Assembly (NCBI GenBank): GCA_016874845.1
Contig: VGSZ01000001.1
Span: 4,581-68,580 of the forward strand
Direction of reading: 5' to 3'
Source of the DNA: Deltaproteobacteria bacterium
GTDB lineage: Bacteria > Myxococcota > UBA727 > VGSZ01
Length of the DNA: 64,000 nucleotides
A model generated the notes under the pieces. The model was given only the letters and a program-made list of their open reading frames with translations. It ran no database searches and was not told the origin of the DNA. The translations under genes were made by a program, and so were the position numbers. This document shows, piece after piece, positions 59,583-64,000 of this stretch. Numbering within the stretch: the first letter of the stretch is position 1; each line of letters starts with the position of its first letter.

Positions 59583-61313
59583 TCAGGTGCAGTTGGGCTG
59601 GTAGACGACGAGGGCGCCGCCCATGTCCGTCAACGTCGGCTGGGACTCGCAGTCGACGTAGACGTCGGTCTGGCCGTTGTTTGCGAACGTCGGCGACACC
59701 AGCGTCACCGACCTGCCGGTGTTCTGCAGCCTGATGCCGCTGTTGCCGCCGGCGTAGTCCTCGCCCGCCTGCCGCACCGTGACGTTGGTCAGCGTCGACG
59801 ACGCGGTGGCCTCGCCGAACACGAGCCCGATCCAGGACGGCGACGTCGCCTCCGCGTCGGTGGAGGCGAACGTGGCGCCCGTGGCGTTCAGCGCGCCGCC
59901 GCCGTCGCCACCGATCGACAGCCAGAAGCCGGTGCGGAACCGGTACGTGCCGCCGCTCAGCGTCAGCGTGGCGATGCCGGCGCTGTCGTTCTCGACCTCG
60001 ACGTCGCCCAGCGCGTGCCAGTCCACCGACTCGGTCGGCCACGTCGCCGTGCTCACCACGATCCCCGGGCGCAGCTCGTTGCGCGCGACGTTAGTGAGCG
60101 TCGTCGCCGTGTCCAGCGACCCGACGGTGTTGGGCGCCATCGACAGGCCGACCTCGCTGTCCTCGACGGTGTTGTTGGCGAAGGCGGCGAACTGGGCGCC
60201 GGGCTCGAGCACGGCGACGCCGGCGCCTTCGCATCGGCGGAAGGTCGTGTGGTCGATGGCCAGCACGTTGGCGTTGGTGTTGTAGACGGTCAGGCACCCT
60301 TGTCCGTTGGATATGGGCTGCCCGGCCTGCTGGATCACGGCGTGGCTGATCGACGAGCCCGACAGCGTGTTGTTGAGGAACACGAGCCCGATCCATGCGC
60401 CCTCGCCGGCGCCGGCGTCGACGGCGCTAAAGACCACCGGCTCGCTGGCGGTGCCCGCCACGATCAGGCGGCCGGGCGCGTCGCCGCCGGTGATGAGCCA
60501 GCTCGCGTCGGAGAAGCGCAGCTCGTTGCCCGCCGCGATGGTCAGCGCCGGGCTGCCGTCGCCCTCGACCTCGAGGTCGCCTTCGAGCACCCAGGGCAGG
60601 CCCAGCGATAGCCACGTCGCCGTCTCGCTGACGATGCCGGGCAGAAGCTCGTTGCGCGCGACGCCCTCGAAGGTCACCGCCTCGACGATCGAGCCAATGA
60701 CGTCAGGGGCCAGCCGCAGGCCCGCGGTCGCGTCGCGCACGGTGTTGCGCACGAACGAGTCGAATGGCTCGACGCTATACACGCCGACGCGATCGCAGTT
60801 GGTGAACGTCGAGTCGCCGACGTCGACGCGGCCGGCGCCCTCCTCGACGGTCAGGCAGCCCTTGCCACCCGAGGCGTCCTGGCCGGCGTCGGTGACGGTG
60901 ACGAACGACAGCGTCGTGCGCGCGCTCTCGGGCCGGAGCACCACGCCGATCCAGCTGCCCGCGCTGGCGTCATCGGTCGTCGAGCGCAGCACGATGGGGT
61001 CGTCGGCGGTGCCGTTGGCCAACAGCGTGCCGCCCTCGTTCAACAGCCAGCAGCCCTCGGCGAAGCGGATCTCGGTGCCCGCCGCGATCGTCAGCGTTGC
61101 ACCGTCACGGACATTGATGTCGCAATCGGGCGTGTAGACCGCGCACGACGACGGCGACAGCGTTGTGTCCGCCGTGATCTCGCCGATCGCGCAGCCCTCG
61201 CCCTCGCCCTCGCCCTCGCCCTCGCCCTCGCCCTCGCCGCCGGCGCCGCAGGCCGACAGGGCGACGCCGAGGGGCAACAACAAGGCCAGCGGCAGCACAT
61301 GGATTTGCTTCAT
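59583..61313 (-). CDS. Lipoprotein with GE tract and three right-handed beta-helix repeats
   Basis: LSAC lipobox, (GE)n, repeated LTIAAG..RF...W...GT...P....W.G units. Confidence 0.8.
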   Translation of the reverse strand: MKQIHVLPLALLLPLGVALSACGAGGEGEGEGEGEGEGEGCAIGEITADTTLSPSSCAVYTPDCDINVRDGATLTIAAGTEIRFAEGCWLLNEGGTLLANGTADDPIVLRSTTDDASAGSWIGVVLRPESARTTLSFVTVTDAGQDASGGKGCLTVEEGAGRVDVGDSTFTNCDRVGVYSVEPFDSFVRNTVRDATAGLRLAPDVIGSIVEAVTFEGVARNELLPGIVSETATWLSLGLPWVLEGDLEVEGDGSPALTIAAGNELRFSDASWLITGGDAPGRLIVAGTASEPVVFSAVDAGAGEGAWIGLVFLNNTLSGSSISHAVIQQAGQPISNGQGCLTVYNTNANVLAIDHTTFRRCEGAGVAVLEPGAQFAAFANNTVEDSEVGLSMAPNTVGSLDTATTLTNVARNELRPGIVVSTATWPTESVDWHALGDVEVENDSAGIATLTLSGGTYRFRTGFWLSIGGDGGGALNATGATFASTDAEATSPSWIGLVFGEATASSTLTNVTVRQAGEDYAGGNSGIRLQNTGRSVTLVSPTFANNGQTDVYVDCESQPTLTDMGGALVVYQPNCT

Positions 61314-61467
61314 TGGTTCCTCCCGCGCGGCAACGAACACGGCCGTCCCACCGCAGTTGCGCGAGTCTCTCTCAAATCCCGGGCCGGGCAACAGTCCCGG
61401 TGCGGCAGTCGCGCCGCGACCGCCAGCCCGGGGTCGCGTCGTCCTCGCGGGCTGCTATGGTCTTGAC

Positions 61468-62238
61468 GTGCTTGCTCGTCGCCGCTTCCTGACGTCGTCT
61501 GTCGCGTCCGCGTGCGCGTTCGCCCTCGGCAGCGGGTCGGCCCGCGCCATTGGCCCCACCAGCGAGCTGTCCATCGGCGTCGTCCGCCACGGCGGCCAGT
61601 GGGATCACCGCCCCGAGGCGCTGCGACGACTCCTGTGGGAGACCGGCAAGCGCACGAGCATCAACGTCGCCCGCGAGCGCACGGTGGTCAGCCTCGACGA
61701 CGACGGCAGCGACGAGGCGGGCGCCTTGTTCTGGCAGCCGCTGCTGTTCCTGACCGGCGAGGGCCCGATGCCAGCGTGGACCCCGGCGGCGCGCGCCCGC
61801 CTCGAGCGGCACCTGCGCTACGGCGGCATGCTCGTCGTCGACGCGCCGTCGCCGTCGGACCCGTTCCTGCTCGACGCCGCCCGCGAGCTCGACCTCATGC
61901 TGCCCGGCCTGACCCGTCGCCGGCTGCCCGCCGACCACGTGGTCATGAAGAGCTTCTTCTTGATCCCGCGCGCCGAGGGGCGGCTGCGCCTGGACGAGAC
62001 CCTCGAGGGCATCGACCTCGGCAACCGCACCGCCGTCGTCGTCAGCAAGAACGACCTGCTCGGCGCCTTCGAGCGCGACCGCTTCGGCACCTGGCGCTTC
62101 GAGTGCGAGCCTGACGGCGACACCCAGCGCGAGCGCGCGTTTCGTCTGGGTGTGAACCTGATGATGCTGGCCACCTGCCTCGACTACAAAGAAGACCAGG
62201 TCCACATCCCGTTCATCATGAAGAAGAAGCGGCGGTGA
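61468..62238 (+). CDS. DUF4159-like protein with Tat signal
   Basis: ARRRFL signal, [37 protein letters not shown]. Confidence 0.8.
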   Translation: MLARRRFLTSSVASACAFALGSGSARAIGPTSELSIGVVRHGGQWDHRPEALRRLLWETGKRTSINVARERTVVSLDDDGSDEAGALFWQPLLFLTGEGPMPAWTPAARARLERHLRYGGMLVVDAPSPSDPFLLDAARELDLMLPGLTRRRLPADHVVMKSFFLIPRAEGRLRLDETLEGIDLGNRTAVVVSKNDLLGAFERDRFGTWRFECEPDGDTQRERAFRLGVNLMMLATCLDYKEDQVHIPFIMKKKRR

Positions 62239-63119
62239 CGTCGCGCTCGACGGTGTCGTTGCCGACGCTGGTGTCGTCGCCGACGCTGCCTTCGCCGCTG
62301 GAGCTGCCCGGGCTGCTGGTCGTCGACGACGGCTTTGTGGACGACGCGGTGGTCGAGGGGCTGCGCGCCGCCATCGCGTCGTCGAAGCTGCCGGGGGCGA
62401 GCCAGCTCGACGGCGGCTTTGCCGCCACGCGCGGCTTTGGCGTCGCCTGCCACGTCCGCGCGGTCGACGACGCGCTGGCGCGGGTGCCGTGGCTGCGGCC
62501 GTTCGTCGCTGTGGCCTTGCACGAGGCGGTGTGGGCGCGGCTGTTCCGGCCGGGGCTCTTCGAGCGCGTGGCGTCATCGTGGCTCGGCCGGGTGAACGCG
62601 CTGTACCTGAACGTGCTGACGGTGCCGCCGGGCGCGGGCGTCGGGCGGCACGTCGACGCGACGCTCGGCGTGGCGACGGCGCGGCCGGGAGACGACGCGC
62701 CGCTGTCGCCGCGGGCGGTGGTGGTCCTGTATGTCGACGTGCCGGCGGGGATGACAGGCGGGGCGCTGCGGCTTTCGCGCGGCGACGACGTGGTGGCCGA
62801 GGTGGCGCCCCGGGCGGGGCGGCTGGTGGTGTTCCGTGGGGCGCTCGGCCACGAGGTGACAGTGGTGACGCCGGTGACGCCGGTGACGCCGGTGACGCCG
62901 GTGACGCCGGTGACGCCGGTGACGCCGGCGACGCCGGGACTCGAAGGCGCAGGGTGCGTGCGCGTCAGCTGCGTCGCCGAGCTGTACGCGCTGCCTCGCC
63001 GGCGGCTGTGGCGGCTGCCGCGGGTGCGGGTGCAGAGCCACGGGTTCGCCGGAGTGCTGGCGCGGCTGCGCCGCGAGCGGGACCCGCACCGGGCGACGAC
63101 GACGACGACGACCGAGTGA
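62235..63119 (+). CDS. 2OG-Fe(II) oxygenase (prolyl-hydroxylase-like)
   Basis: HVD, VLYV, GGAL.L, P.AGRLVVF, HEV...RVS. Confidence 0.82.
   Translation: MTSRSTVSLPTLVSSPTLPSPLELPGLLVVDDGFVDDAVVEGLRAAIASSKLPGASQLDGGFAATRGFGVACHVRAVDDALARVPWLRPFVAVALHEAVWARLFRPGLFERVASSWLGRVNALYLNVLTVPPGAGVGRHVDATLGVATARPGDDAPLSPRAVVVLYVDVPAGMTGGALRLSRGDDVVAEVAPRAGRLVVFRGALGHEVTVVTPVTPVTPVTPVTPVTPVTPATPGLEGAGCVRVSCVAELYALPRRRLWRLPRVRVQSHGFAGVLARLRRERDPHRATTTTTTE
62865..62936 (+). repeat. 9-bp coding repeat GTGACGCCG x7 plus one variant
   Basis: Read directly. Encodes (VTP)7-ATP. Confidence 0.95.
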
Positions 63120-63220
63120 CGCCGTACCGCCCCGACGGTGGGGGCTTGCATGATCGGGTGCGGTGCTGTCTACAGACGCCGTCGGATCGAACCCGTCCCC
63201 GGTTCTTTTTGGAGAAGACC

Positions 63221-64000
63221 ATGGCCCGCGACTTCCCCCTCGAGCGCACCCGCAACATCGGCATCATCGCCCACATCGATGCCGGCAAGACGACGACGAC
63301 GGAGCGCATCCTGTTCTACACGGGCATGACGCACCGGATCGGCGAGGTGCACGACGGCGCGACGACGACCGACTACATGGAGCAGGAGCGCGAGCGCGGC
63401 ATCACGATCACGTCGGCCGCCGTGACCTGCTCGTGGCGTCGCCGCATCGGCCAAGAGGGGTTCGACGCCAAGACGAACCCCGAGTACCGCATCAACATCA
63501 TCGACACCCCCGGGCACGTCGACTTCACCATCGAGGTCGAGCGCTCGCTGCGCGTCCTCGACGGCGCCTGCGTCGTGTTCGACGGCGTCGCCGGCGTCGA
63601 GCCGCAGTCCGAGACCGTGTGGCGCCAGGCCGACCGCTACGGCGTTCCGCGCATGTGCTACGTCAACAAGCTCGACCGCACGGGCGCCAACTTCTTCCGT
63701 TGCGTCGACATGATCGTCGAGCGCCTGAAGGCGAAGCCCGCCGTCATGACGCTGCCCATCGGCTCCGAGGCGTCGTTCACGGGCCTGATCGATCTCGTCC
63801 GCATGAAGTCGATCACCTGGAAGAACGAGGACATGGGCGCCGAGTACCAGCTGAATGACATTCCCGCCGAGTTCAACGAGCAGGCGCAGATCTGGCGCGA
63901 CAAGCTGATCGAGCAGCTCGCTGACGTCGACGACGCCATCGCCGAGAAGTACCTGAACGGCGAGGACATCAAGGAAGAGGAGCTGGTGCCGGCGCTGCGT
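63221..64000 (+). CDS. fusA: Elongation factor G (3' truncated by window)
   Basis: Not in the ORF track (no stop inside the window). [61 protein letters not shown]. Confidence 0.96.
   Translation, partial: MARDFPLERTRNIGIIAHIDAGKTTTTERILFYTGMTHRIGEVHDGATTTDYMEQERERGITITSAAVTCSWRRRIGQEGFDAKTNPEYRINIIDTPGHVDFTIEVERSLRVLDGACVVFDGVAGVEPQSETVWRQADRYGVPRMCYVNKLDRTGANFFRCVDMIVERLKAKPAVMTLPIGSEASFTGLIDLVRMKSITWKNEDMGAEYQLNDIPAEFNEQAQIWRDKLIEQLADVDDAIAEKYLNGEDIKEEELVPALR

Overview
Very GC-rich chromosomal segment, most likely from a Myxococcota/deltaproteobacterial genome: it has four MYXO-CTERM-like C-terminal sorting signals, a Myxococcus-type LexA box at recA, and (Gly-Glu)n tracts in exported proteins. 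Housekeeping genes: purE, tolR-tolA-tolB, RNase J, recA, gatB, a stand-alone EF-G, glutathione peroxidase, two acyl-CoA dehydrogenases and YceD. Among them sit many Cys-rich secreted proteins, a SauUSI-like PLD-helicase-DUF3427 nuclease, a tandem AAA+ ATPase, an internally deleted IS66 and several decayed or frameshifted genes. No rRNA, tRNA or CRISPR array was seen. Best leads: (1) three perfect TGCGAC-N7-GTCGCA palindromes (WYL/DriD-like boxes) in front of the tandem AAA+ ATPase, near the restriction-like helicase; (2) a translationally coupled operon of a MYXO-CTERM protease, an SdpA-like protein and an HTTM-CotH kinase fusion; (3) a PHM-like copper monooxygenase lipoprotein with His in place of the CuM Met; (4) strong over-representation of GTCGAC and (GAC)n. 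All protein calls come from motif recognition by eye, with no database searches. Start codons were chosen manually.
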